64,000 bases of DNA from Podarcis vaucheri (Eukaryota), in the NCBI GenBank assembly GCA_965113315.1, contig OZ220368.1; one strand, written 5' to 3'. Below are positions 13,107-24,386 of the stretch, piece after piece. The translations under genes and the position numbers were made by a program. The notes below the pieces were generated by a model. The model was not told the DNA's origin, did not search any database, and saw only the letters and a program-made list of their open reading frames with translations. The first letter of the stretch is position 1. Each line of letters begins with the position of its first letter.

Positions 13107-15172
13107 AAAGACTTGGAATAACAGCAGCTCAAAAAAAATACCTTCTTTGCTCAACCACACCGTTATATCATCTTTTCAAGGTTTCTCAGAAGTTTCTGTT
13201 AGGATATGGCTTGGATCCTGAAGTAATTTAGTATCAGAAAATTCATGGGCGGAATGTTTCTCATCCCCTCATTCTCCCTGCAGCATTTGTGTCACATTTG
13301 CCAGAGTATCTGGGAATGTGGGATGGGACATGAGAGAGCTGTTGGGTGAGAAGAGAACCAGGCTAAATTGGGTAGCTTTCTGCCTAATCTGGGGTTGAAC
13401 CCCCCATTTCGCCATCAGTCTTTTGTTCCCCATCACATGTTGTTCTGGGGGCCCTTCTATACTCTTGAGGTTTTATGAGGGGTGCAGGTGGCTGCAGGAT
13501 GGAGGAGGCAATAGCAAGATTTCCTTCCAAGAACTTCTTCAAGTAAAATAACCGTAGAATCAAAGACTATGTCTATATACCTGTCTTCTCCCCCCTCTTT
13601 TAGGGCTGTATATTGTATAACCTCATTAATGTGCACCTTTTCTGTTTATTCATACTATTCTATAATATTCCAAAGGTTTGCCAGAAGTTTCTATTAGCTT
13701 CTATATCTAGTGGCAAGTGTTAAATTTGTTCTGTCGTCAACCTCTTCTGAATCCTGGTCTAAGCTGTCAAAAGCAATTTTAGCCCCTGTGAGAAAATGCC
13801 AGTCACTATTCAAAAAAGACTGTGCTGTCCTTGATTATGCATTCCCTCCGTGATTTACATCTCCCACTTCCTCAGCTCCCTGCTAAAAGTCATCCTTCCT
13901 TTTTATTTCCCTTTTTGGGGAATGGGGGGGGGGGTTGGGGCTCTTTATATCTCTGCAGGATCAACTTGTCTTATGCAGATGGAGCTATATCACTCTTGCT
14001 TCATACATCATTGCCATCAGCCAGCCAGAGCAGAAAATAAGTTGTAGATAGCAGTGATTATCTTTGGTGATGAGGTACAGAAAAGCTGAGACTGCAGTTT
14101 GATTTCCATAAGCATGGCTGACCCTGCTGTGCTAAAAGTAGCACAAGCTGGTTTGAACAGGCAAACATGGAAAATGTTAGCATAACCTGTGTATTAATGT
14201 GGAAAATCTTACCCTGCTTGGATGTAACTTCCTCTCCTTCCTCCTTTGCGGATGTTAGATCTCTCAAAGAGGAGAAGCCCTACCTTTCCCTGAATTCCAT
14301 TGCACTCATTCCCTGCCACCTTCTGATGTTACATTTCACTTTCTGTGACCCTGGCCAAGAATGATTGTGGTTGGGAAGTTAGAAGCAGGGCTAGCAAGCT
14401 TCTTGAAAATCGTCACTGCAGAAGCTAAATTAATTGGCACAAGAATGATTAATTGAATACTATTTCATTATAATTGAAATACTGTTTCATTATAAATTCC
14501 ACGATCCTTTAGAGTGCCCAAGCTTGGATATAAAGAAATTTGTTGAAGATTATGTTGTGGAGCTATTGAGGCATGTTAGGAAAGCATAAAAAGACAGCCT
14601 TATCATGGGAATGGGGATAAGAGTTCCTGTCTCTGCCAGGGATTGTACTCAAAACACCAGCTTTTTATCTAAGAAATCACTCTTGTCAAATCATCCTAAT
14701 TTACCAGAGAGACTCGGTGATTGTGATTTCTAGTTAGCTCCATTTCTTAAGTAGAAGACAAAGCAGAGTTCTTTAATGTATTGTGTGGAGCACTGTTTTT
14801 CTAATTTATAAATGATCAAGCTTAAGAAGACAACACGTCAGCATTGAAAATCACCCTCTTTAATGTCAAGATGTGTCCTGGTAACCGACGTATTTGCAGC
14901 TAAAATGAAACCATGCTAGTTAGGTTGCAGCAGCTCTTTATGGGCATGTTTGCAAATTGGTAATTAAATAACATGGTTGAGGGTTTTTTTAATGACCTTG
15001 GAGTTCATTAATGACTGCAGGGAAAACATTTTTTTCTACTGAACTGTGTTGAGATGAACCCTTCTGTAGCTAATTGTACTTTTTAAGAGGAGAATTTAAA
15101 AGTGTAATTTGATTATGTTAATTCAAACAATATGTTAATTTTATTTATATGGCCCACAGTGAAATCTGTGGA

Positions 15173-15288
15173 TTGGATCCAGAACAAGTTGGTAGCACTT
15201 AGGTTCGATTGAAAGTAATATGAAATATTAGTTACGACTAATGGATGTCCAATTAATTTCAATAGGACCTAAGCTGGGCTGGATCCAA
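15173..15288. repeat. Short palindromic (hairpin) interspersed element
   Basis: Perfect terminal IR TTGGATCCAG/CTGGATCCAA and inner arms cttaggttcgattgaaa / tttcaataggacctaag. Confidence 0.7.
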
Positions 15289-15355
15289 CCCAATAGCATG
15301 TATTCTCCTGAAGATGCTGGAAGAGGAAGCAGTAACCATTTCTGGTTGCAGTGAA

Positions 15356-15489
15356 CAGGGATAGCCAATGTGATACCCTCCATGTGTTGTTGGACTAGAA
15401 TTCCCATCAGCCCCAGCATCTCCAATTATTAGGAATGATGGGAGTTGTAGTCCAGCGACATCTGGAAAGTACCACAGTGACTACACATG
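15356..15489. mobile_element. Palindromic ~130-bp hAT-type MITE
   Basis: cagggatagccaa...tgttgttggactagaattcccatca...tgatgggagttgtagtccagcgacatctgg. Confidence 0.7.
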
Positions 15490-16807
15490 TACTGACTATG
15501 GGCTACAAAACAGGACCACAATATTTATTAAGGCTGTGGTGTACATTTCTGCATTTCACCACTGAGGCTGAAAATAGCTTTCCTCTGTCTGATACTATTT
15601 CAGCGTATTTTTTTCCTGTTTAGGGTTTTCTTCACTTTCTTAAGAGAGATCTATCAGTCAAAAGTCATGTAGTAAGTGTGATGACATCCAGGTGCAATGT
15701 AGCCAATCAGATTTGACTGTGTGATGACATCACTTAAAGGAAACAAAGCCAACTAACAGAGCTTGCTGCATTAGGCACGTGAAGAATTCCAACCAGTTAT
15801 ATCATTCATTGCCCTCGCTCTGTATGGGCAAGCATTTTTACACTCCCTTTTATGTTGTCCTCTCAAAGTGCTAAAAGGGTAACTTTTGGTGCTGCTGGAA
15901 ACGTTGCAAAAATGCCTCACCTCTGATGCATGTATAACCCTTGTGCCACCCATGTGATGTGCTCATAAATTTCAATGGGGTTTCACTAGTGTCAGGGTGG
16001 AAGTTCAGCCCAGGTTGGGGGGTTTTGGGGGGGGGAGGAGGAGGAGAGGAATCCGCATGCAAAACAGGAGCTGAAAATGTCTCCTATGCTTTACATTTCA
16101 ATAAGAGCACAGAATAAATCAACTCTGTGCCCCCCCCCCCCGTTCACTGCTTTCAACTTCTTAGTTTGGTTATTTTAACAGAAATGGAAAATGGTTATGA
16201 TTTATGGTGTTTGTTCAGAGAAACAAAAAAATTACAAGGAGAAAAGTGTTTAAATGGGAAACATATTTAAATGGGAGCACCACAATTTTTCCCCCTTCTT
16301 TAAGCTTGTCCTTATTCCTTTCTCTTACATATAAGCAAATTGGAAGGAAGCGAAGCAGATGGAACTGATAGCTAAACTCTTGGCTGTTCAGAGAACCATA
16401 AAAATGCTATTAAACCTATAGTTGAAATAATTCTTTGGTAAATGTTAAATTCCTATTAGTTATACTTGCAAAACTTAGGTGCAACAGAAAGGGCAATACT
16501 AAGCTGAAAGGCAGTGGAGGCAATGAAGGGCTTAAAAACTATGAACAGTCTACAAAAATTACCTGAAGAGAGTAAAGTTGATAGCAACCATGTCAGATTG
16601 GAGATTTAGCTTGGCAACTGACTTGGTACCTGTGTGTTTGTATCTGTCTGAAGTACAAATAAGACGGGGCAATGAACACTTTGAATGGCCCCTGGGGCAT
16701 AGATTAATTACAAAAATCTGTGTATCACTGGGTTTTTTTGAGATGTTCTGCCATGTTTCATGTTTGTGAGTGTGGCTTCTAAACAGAAAGTATTAATACA
16801 CCAGGTG

Positions 16808-16810
<3 letters not shown>

Positions 16811-16840
<30 letters not shown>
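16811..16840. repeat. (GT)15 microsatellite
   Basis: Direct reading. Confidence 0.96.
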
Positions 16841-16843
<3 letters not shown>

Positions 16844-17268
16844 GACTGCTCAGATTAAAGGATAATATAGGTACAAACAAATGCATGTATGGTGCATATT
16901 GCTTAATTTAAAATAAGATTTCTTTCTATTACCTGAATAGAAGTTCTGAGAATGTCTTCTCTAGAGCTGCCATGTTGCTGGTCTTCAAACTGAATGCATT
17001 TTTAACTTCACATCCCACCTTGATGTCGAATCTTATATGTGCGTATGGCACAATGAATGCGCTAAACATGTTGGACCTCATACATTTGCTTCCTCCTTGG
17101 TTGGCCTTGCCTCCACAAAACTGACCTAACATCCACACATCCCTGATCTTTCCTACCCAATTGTGTGGGATAATTATTGCATATTATTGGGCTGGACTTT
17201 ATGGGTTGAATCCAACTAAGTCAGGCTCAGAGCAAACCCACTGAAATAAATGAAAGCAAGTAGTTTAA

Positions 17269-17472
17269 ATTCCTTCCAGTAGCACCTTAGAGACCAACTA
17301 AGTTAGTTATTGGTATGAGCTTTGTTGTGCATGCATAGGTATCTGAAGAAGTGTGTATGCACACGAAAGCTCATACCAATAACTAACTTAGTTGGTCTCT
17401 AAGGTGCTATTGGAAGGAATTTTTTTAGTTTGTTTCGACTACAGCAGACCAACACGCCTACCTACCTGTAAC
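17269..17472 (+). mobile_element. Penelope-like element terminal repeat (pLTR) fragment with inverted 5' duplication (fold-back)
   Basis: 17267-17337 is an inverted copy of about 17352-17422. Sequence matches the 3' end of the GIY-YIG element at 40894-41533. 8-bp TSD TAGTTTAA at 17261-17268 and 17473-17480. Confidence 0.9.
17338..17377 (+). ncRNA. Minimal type I hammerhead ribozyme motif (Penelope-type, dimer-dependent)
   Basis: GGUAU-CUGAAGA-A-GUGUG-UAUG-CACAC-GAA-AGCU-C^AUACC: 5-bp stem I, intact core, stem II and palindromic AGCU helix III. Predicted cleavage after 17372. Confidence 0.8.
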
Positions 17473-17667
17473 TAGTTTAAGTTCATTTCAGTGATTTTAG
17501 TGGTTCTATTCTAACACTGCTGGGTACAGCCCTGTATACACACATGTACCACTTACAGATTATGCAGAGCAAGGCAGAAGCTGACCATGTTCCTGATTTT
17601 ACAGTCTTCTGTTTGAAAGGCTATCGGAAGACAGCCCTCTGTTTGAAGATGTGTCCAGTCTAAGAGT

Positions 17668-17776
17668 AGTATTCAACTAAGACCACTCAGAGATGACTCA
17701 CTGAAATTAATGAGCCTAAGTTAGTCAAGCCTGTTCCCTTCAGTGAGTCTACTCTGAGTTAGACTAGCATTGGATG
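17668..17776. repeat. Short palindromic interspersed element
   Basis: Arms actcagagatgactcactgaa (17685-17705) and ttcagtgagtctactctgagt (17739-17759), 19/21 complementary. Confidence 0.7.
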
Positions 17777-18427
17777 TGGTGATGCACATCCTCCTTTTCA
17801 GCAATATGTGAAGACAGGTTTCTGCTGTTCCACCATGCACTGCCATACCCTTTTCCCTTGCCTTCTCCATTAGTGACATTTGTTTTAACTCAGAACTCAG
17901 CTCCCTGGCCCCTGCCTCCTCCCAAGTTCTTTTTCTTCACATTCCAATGTGCTTGGTATCAAGAGGTAGATTTTTTTTAAAAAAGTATGCTCCTTTATAA
18001 TGAGAAAATGAAAATGCTAGTTGCATATCTTCTGCCAGTTCTCTTCTGGAAAAAAGTAAGTGTCAGCAGGAATCTAGTTATCAATTAATTGCAGCCAAAG
18101 CAAATGCTACAGTACACTACTAGCTTCCACATGCACCATTTGCCAAGTTTATAATAGTATCAGCCTAGCAAGCCATTAGTAAGATCCTGGTCCTCGGTAC
18201 CATCTGAGAAATGCTGCTTTATCGCCACACTAAAACAAAAGCTATTTTCAATTATTGCACACATACTTCCTCACTCCATATAAGTTCCTGTTTGCCTGCA
18301 ATAAGCTTACAAGTTCACTGTGCTGTATTGTGCTTCTAGACTTCTTGCAGGAATGTCTCTGGGAAATTCCTTTTCTAGCCAGAGATTCAATGGGGCTCTT
18401 TACAATAGCAGTGGAGCTTCTACGTTT

Positions 18428-18580
18428 CATAGAATTGAAGAGTTGGAAGGGACCCTGAGGATCAGCTGGTCCAACCCCTGGCAATATAGGAATTGCAACT
18501 AAATCATACATGATAGATTACCATCCAACCTCTACTTAAAAACTTCCAAGAAAGGAGAGTCCACACAGTACTCCTGGTGT
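18428..18580 (-). mobile_element. CR1 LINE 3' end
   Basis: catagaattgaagagttggaagggacc...gtccaacccctg...ccatccaacctctacttaaaaacttcca is the reverse complement of the CR1 3' terminus. Confidence 0.7.
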
Positions 18581-18600
18581 GGTCTGACCAAGGCACAATA

Positions 18601-18602
<2 letters not shown>

Positions 18603-18646
<44 letters not shown>
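18603..18646. repeat. (TG)22 microsatellite
   Basis: Direct reading. Confidence 0.97.
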
Positions 18647-18651
<5 letters not shown>

Positions 18652-19019
18652 CAGTCATCAGACCCTATCTCATATATCCCAATGCCACAAACGGTATACA
18701 GGGAAGCCAGAGAAATTGTTTTGATGGGCAATGCAAGGAGGCAAAGAAAGATCTTCTAAGAGTTATTAGGATTTTTTTTTTTTGAGGGGGGGGGACCCTC
18801 TGTAATTAATAAGGGGGATATAAGTAGGATTAGAGTAACATATAAGAAAATCCTTAAGAATAAAATAGCGAATGTTGTGAAATGACAGTGGCAAGAACTA
18901 GGGCTGGCGGTGTCTGAGGAAAAAAAAGGGAAGATAAATTCTGGGACCTGGCAGCTTGGAGCATGAACAAAACAAGAGCAACATTAGATGCCACCATATT
19001 GGCGCAAAGCTGAGTGGAA

Positions 19020-19262
19020 TATAATAATTAATAATTATTAATTATAAGAATTTTCACCTTGCCCAGCTGACTGGGTTGACCCAGCTTCCAGCATATATAA
19101 AAACATAATAAATCCTTATACCTTAAACACTTCCCTATACAGGATTGCCTTCAGATGTTTCCTAAATGTTACATAATTACTCATCTCCTTAATATTGGAT
19201 GAGAGGGCATTCCACAGGGTGGGTGTCACTACCAAGAAGGCCCCCTGTCTGATTCCCTGTAG
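19020..19262 (-). mobile_element. L2 LINE 3' fragment
   Basis: gccttcagatgtttcctaaa...gagggcattccacagggtgggtgtcactaccaagaaggcc is the reverse complement of the L2 end (AFxVxxPTLWNALxS), preceded by an AAT-rich tail. Confidence 0.65.
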
Positions 19263-19962
19263 TAGTAATAATAATAAGGACAACCAGCAGCTGTCGAAGT
19301 GACCACTGATTGGTCAAAACTACTGGAATGGTAGTATCCCCTATGGCATCCCCTACAGAAATAAAATCTCTCATAGACTACTACATCTCACCATTTTGAA
19401 TGCTTGGTAATCTGCTCTAGGAAGGCAGCATATTATTTATGCCATTCAAATTCCAGAGACCATGGGAAGCCTGCATGCCTATTTTGTATTTATGTCACAA
19501 GAGAATGCTGGCAATATTGATTTAATTTAGCAATAATACTCTCATTTTTTGCTTTTGCCTTTGTACTCTCTAGAGACTTTAATTAACGACAATGCACAGC
19601 ATCCTGCTAGGTACGGATTTTTTTCTCCCTGCCCTACATTTTTAAAAAAGTGTCTGGAGAAGCTAAGAAACAAATTGAATCCACCTTTAGTATAGCAAAC
19701 AAAGTTCCAGTGAATTCAGCAAACCTGGCATACTTTCCTGTTGCTGAACAGCCCTAAGAGCAGGACCTTTATTACAGGCATCTTTGTTTCTGTGTTAAAT
19801 GTAGTTTGTTTTTTTACTTTGGCTGCCATGTACAAAATGGCATGATTTGTCCTAAGGAGTAAAATCTAGCCCTCCTCATAAACAATGAACACCCACTCTT
19901 CAAATCTTATTTAAGCAGTTTCTAAGATAGCACAGGTCACCACCACCACCACCACTACTACT

Positions 19963-20101
19963 CAAAAGCTATTTTTTCTAGAAAAAGAGGTGCCAGAACT
20001 CACCACGAACACCTCCCTTGTTCTCTTACAATGGCAATGGCACCCACCTGAGAGGTGCTGAAACTGAGTTCCAGTGAGTTCTGGCTTAAAAAAAAGCCCT
20101 G
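19963..20101. mobile_element. hAT-like MITE (same family as 59310-59452)
   Basis: Right end aaaaaaagccctg; degenerate left end gctattttttctagaaaaagaggtgccag. No TSD seen. Confidence 0.55.
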
Positions 20102-20865
20102 GCAGTGACAGATCTTGGATTTGGGTGTGTGTATGGAAATGAATGCCCATTGTTTACAATTCCCTGGTCCTTGTATCTGGGACATTGTTGTGGCACCATC
20201 CTCAGGCATAATTAGGAGAACAGTACCAGCCTTTCTCAAGAGTTCTCCGTGTGGTGGTAGTGCTGCTGCCAAATATGTTTTGGGAACAGGAAAGAGGCTG
20301 TGCGTGTGTTGTCTTACAAGCAGTCTCATTCCTGTTGATGTCTGCAGGACCATGTTGAAGCTTAAAATTTGGAATGGACTTAGAAATGAGCTATTTTTCC
20401 AAGAGGTGTTGTTTTTTTTAACACTGTTACTTTAGATGACCCCATTCTGCATTGCAACTGCGGCGTCAGCTATCCATATTCATTTGTGTTGCTGCTGCTT
20501 TTATATTAACAAATTCTGTGCTCAGCTCGCTTTACCAATAATTTAAGTGGAACTATCTTCCGGGGTTGATCATTTCTTCACATGTAAGAGATCTCCACAC
20601 TAGCGCTACTTTATTCAATCGCTTGCCAGGTGTCCTGCATATGTCTGCAGAGTTAAAATGGACATGTGCGGGATATGTGGCAAGAGATGACTCAGGCCAA
20701 TGGAATATGCTTGTGTGGGACCCTACCATTTTAAAAGACTAAGGAGACAGCCACCTATGTGATGAGAGCATGATTTAAGATTAACAGTAAGCCTTATGTG
20801 GGTGCAGGAAGCAAACAACTGAGAACACTGGAGAGGGGTATATCCAAAGATGAATGTGAGATGCT

Positions 20866-20890
20866 GAAGAAGAAGAAGAAGAAGAAGAAG

Positions 20891-20922
<32 letters not shown>

Positions 20923-20943
20923 GTAGTAGTAGTAGTAGTAGTA
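20866..20943. repeat. Compound microsatellite (GAA)18(GTA)8
   Basis: Direct reading; consistent with the F18/Y8 runs in the ORF track. Confidence 0.97.
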
Positions 20944-21008
20944 GTGCAGGATCTGTCTATCATTGCTCCATCTCATACTTGTCACCAACCAGAACTCATG
21001 GTATCATT

Positions 21009-21123
21009 ATAAAAAAAATCCCTTCCAGTAGCACCTTAAAGACCAACTAAGTTAGTTCTTGGTATGAGCTTTCGTGTGCATGCACACTTCTTCAGATACA
21101 CTGAAACAGACGTTGCCAGATCC
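21009..21123 (-). mobile_element. Penelope-like solo pLTR fragment
   Basis: Near-identical to about 40936-41047. Flanked by GGTATCATT at 21000-21008 and 21124-21132. Confidence 0.88.
21062..21099 (-). ncRNA. Minimal hammerhead ribozyme motif, intact, antisense to AGBL4
   Basis: Minus strand reads GUAU-CUGAAGA-A-GUGUGCAUGCACAC-GAA-AGCU-C^AUAC. Confidence 0.8.
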
Positions 21124-21982
21124 GGTATCATTGTATCATTGCACAATGATCATTGCAGATCATGGTATCATTGTGATTGTATATTTTTCTGACTTGCACC
21201 TTAATCCCCTGGACATGAGATTTGACCCAGAGAACAAGCAGCAGTAAGGTGTCTAAATCCCCATGGAGATACAACTAGATCTCTCAGGCTCCTTAGAAAT
21301 CCTTGCCTTTCAGCAGAATAACAAATCCTAGACTAACTACAGTTCTTGCTTTTCTTCTCCTTCACATACAATCCACTCTGCCATACTTAAGCAAGTCAGC
21401 AAAGAAACAGTTGTGGATACACTTCCCCACAAATTTAACTACTAACTATTACCTATAACTAGCATATATGTTTCTCCATTCAAAGTGACTTAGTCCTTTT
21501 CAGCTGGGCATGGCTAGTTCTCGCTTTATGATTTCCACCCCTCATCATGGGTAAGCTGGCACCATCCAGAGGCAATAGGGAAGGGCACAGGAAAGTGCTA
21601 GGGAACCCAAATGCATCCTCACCCACTTGCCCTCTTATGCCAAGGGTGAGACTTTAAACCCAGCTTGATGTGTCACCTTAGCAGGAGCCCTGCTCAAAAC
21701 TCCTTGCCACTGACCAGTGGCCACACAAACCAGGGGAACACAGCACTCATAATGCTCCATTATTGGCCCTTAAGTTACTGGTTTAAGAAAGGCTAGACAA
21801 ACAGTGTTCTAAAATCCTTTTCTGAGACATACAGCTTATTTCCGAGCCCGCCATCCTGGAATGACATTAGTTTAGTTGTGGCACAGGTGTGCGTTGTCCA
21901 CATATCTACATTTACAGGAGCAAAGACATAATGGTTCAGCTATTGTCCGAAACAACTTCTGCAGTATGCAGCTACTAGAGAT

Positions 21983-23052
21983 AAATGAATGAATCTTTAT
22001 TTGCATCAGCCACCGGCCATAGCAATAAAACAACAATACAATATACAAAGAATAAAGATAAAAAGTCAATTATATAAATACATTTTGGGGTTTTGAATCT
22101 ATAGTCAAATAGTGGATCTTATTCTAATTGCCCCGGCTAAAAACCCTGCAATCTTTGCTGTCACCTGCTCATCTTGATCTGCCAAAAGAAAGGACACTGT
22201 GACAGTGGCTGGGTGACCCGGAATGGACAATAAAAGAGGGATGATAACCTCATTCCTCGAGTCTTTATAAAGAGTGCAAGCCAGAAGGGCATGCGCCACC
22301 AAGTTGAAATGGGTAGGTGGGAAATAGTTGTACCATGGACAAAATTTCCTTATTATGGCCAAGTTGTCCTCTCGCTTAATATCATTTAGGCGCTGACTAA
22401 TTAGACTGTTTGCTTTACTAAAATCCAGTGTGAGTAGCTGTTGTGGTGATAAACCACAAGAGTGAAGTTTTTGATAGACAATTTTAGTCCAGGCGCTCTT
22501 GTGACGATCTTGCAGCACTAGGGATATTAGACCAGGGGGATTTCAGTTTAGGCGAAGCCAATAGTTAAGTGTCCTATGCCATACCCATAATTCTGCCAAG
22601 GGAAGATTAGGTGCAATGAGATGGTACAGAGAAAATTTGCCTTAAGAACTTTGATTGGACAGCTTCCGTAGATCCAAGCTGAGTGCCTGTCCAGATCTGA
22701 GCCCCATATAATAACTGTGCCAGGGGTTTAGCTTGGAACACTTCTAGGGCTGATAGTGTATGTTTACCACCTTTTTGTGTAGAAAAAGTGTGTCAGAATT
22801 TTGATACTCTGGGAAGCTTTTTCTTTTGCACACTTCTGGTGTGCTCCCCATGACCCTGTAGACTGGAAAATAAGGCTGACCTGTTCAATGAGCTGGTTGT
22901 CCATGCTCCATCTATGGGCTCTATAGTTTCTTGAGAAAACCATGACTTGGGTTTTCTTGTAATTCACGGCCAGCTGTTCTCTCTGGCAATATCCTGAAAA
23001 TGCCCACATCAGTCTTTTTAGGCCTACTTTTGTTGGGGTAGAAAGATGGAAT
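21983..23052 (-). mobile_element. Degenerate non-LTR retrotransposon 3' part, RTE-X-like
   Basis: Minus ORF pieces GLKRLMWAFSGYCQREQLAVNYKKTQVMVF (RT end/thumb) and AKPLAQLLYGAQIW. 3' end AATAAAG(ATTC)n. TSD CTACTAGA(G/A)AT at 21972 and 23053. Clade is tentative. Confidence 0.75.
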
Positions 23053-24172
23053 CTACTAGAAATGTATTCCCAGTGGCTGGCACCAGTGTTATCCTTTTGT
23101 AGCCAGCTTTTCACACAAGGAGTCTTCCCGCTTTCCTCTGCTTGCTTAATACAATGCCCTCCCTTTCTTTTTGAGGCACAGTTCCTTGATTTGGTTCCAT
23201 TTTCAAAGCCTTCCTGGAAGACAGCATTTCTTCAGCCCAGGGTCAGGGCAAGTGTGAATCTTGTGAACCGTCAATATTTTTCTTGAGATGATAAATGGCC
23301 TGCCGATAAACGAAGGCAGCTGCCAGCTCTGTCTGAGAAACACACCTTCATCCCCAGTTTGTCCGTGCCTGGCTTATTTATGTGCCTGCTAACTTTAAAC
23401 ACTTACACCAGACAAACTTAAAGCAGCCTTCTGAGTTATTCCAAAACCGTAATCGCCGTCGTGTGTGAGGCAGATACCAGTCACAAGATTTCTGCAGCTC
23501 CAGTGCACACAGAAAGACTCATGCTCACATGGAGCTCTGTGAAATCAGGTAGTTGTGCAGGTAAGGGGCTGCAAATGGTGAGTTTATTTGGGAGGGGTTG
23601 GCTTTCAAGCCTCAAATGGGCATGATTTCACCATATAAAAATGTGTTCTGCTAGTAAAGTTTGTGGATATATCTGCAAAGGTGCCCTAAAGGTTTCCCTC
23701 TCCACACAGAGTGCAAGTAAAGAGAAAGATACCTAGAAAGGGCATCAGAAATAGTATGGGGAGTTAAGGAGCACCTATAGTGACAGGCCAGCCCAACTTG
23801 TGACCACCGAGCCAGATTTAGCTTCCCATCCCTGTATTGTGGCCTCCCATATATATGCATAGCAATCTCTGCCTTCTGTTTGGCAGTTCCAGGCAAAGTG
23901 CAAAAGAAATGATCCCCATAGGTTTCTCAAGCCCCGATGAACAGTCCTGTCCTGCATGGCTGGTGATCTGCACTTGGGTTGGTGGGTCATGCATGTCCGA
24001 TCTAGGAGACTGATTTGGACCCATGGGCTTTGGCGTTCTTGTGGCTTTTCATTTGAAAAGCAATGCCATGTGTCCTGCATCTGGTCAATACAATCTTCGT
24101 TTTTCCTTAAGTTTGCCCCTTTTGCAGTATATATGGGTTAGCCTATATGACTTTAAAAAAAGAAAAAGAAAA

Positions 24173-24196
24173 CAGCAGCAGCAGCAGCAGCAGCAG
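24173..24196. repeat. (CAG)8 microsatellite
   Basis: Direct reading. Confidence 0.95.
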
Positions 24197-24369
24197 GCAA
24201 ATAGGGAATTCTGTTGCAAACTACTGGCTTGGTGCATCTTTCTGTATCTCTGCAGTCAAATGCAATCATCCTATAACCCAGGAGATAACTAAGCAGTTTT
24301 CCTCTTCCTCCATCACCTTCTTTCCTGGGTGATTCCTAAACAGCATAGATTGCATTTGTCTGTAGTTAA

Positions 24370-24386
24370 AGTGCCCTCTTGTGGCA
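24370..24386 (-). promoter_or_regulatory. Candidate CTCF motif
   Basis: Minus strand TGCCACAAGAGGGCACT versus core consensus CCASYAGRKGGCRS (one mismatch). Confidence 0.45.

Larger units (their letters stand above)
17203..17532. repeat. Short palindromic element interrupted near its centre by a Penelope-like insertion
   Basis: Ends gggttgaatcca / tgggtacagccc; inner arms cagagcaaacccactgaaat / ttttagtggttctattcta. Confidence 0.55.

Noticed and set aside
13917-13940. G-quadruplex near the minor donor (also 16017-16045)
   Set aside because: The G-runs are real, but poly-G/C tracts are frequent throughout the window and nothing singles these out.
24023-24332. polyQ/polyS protein ORFs
   Set aside because: These are translations of a (CAG)8 microsatellite with no exon context.
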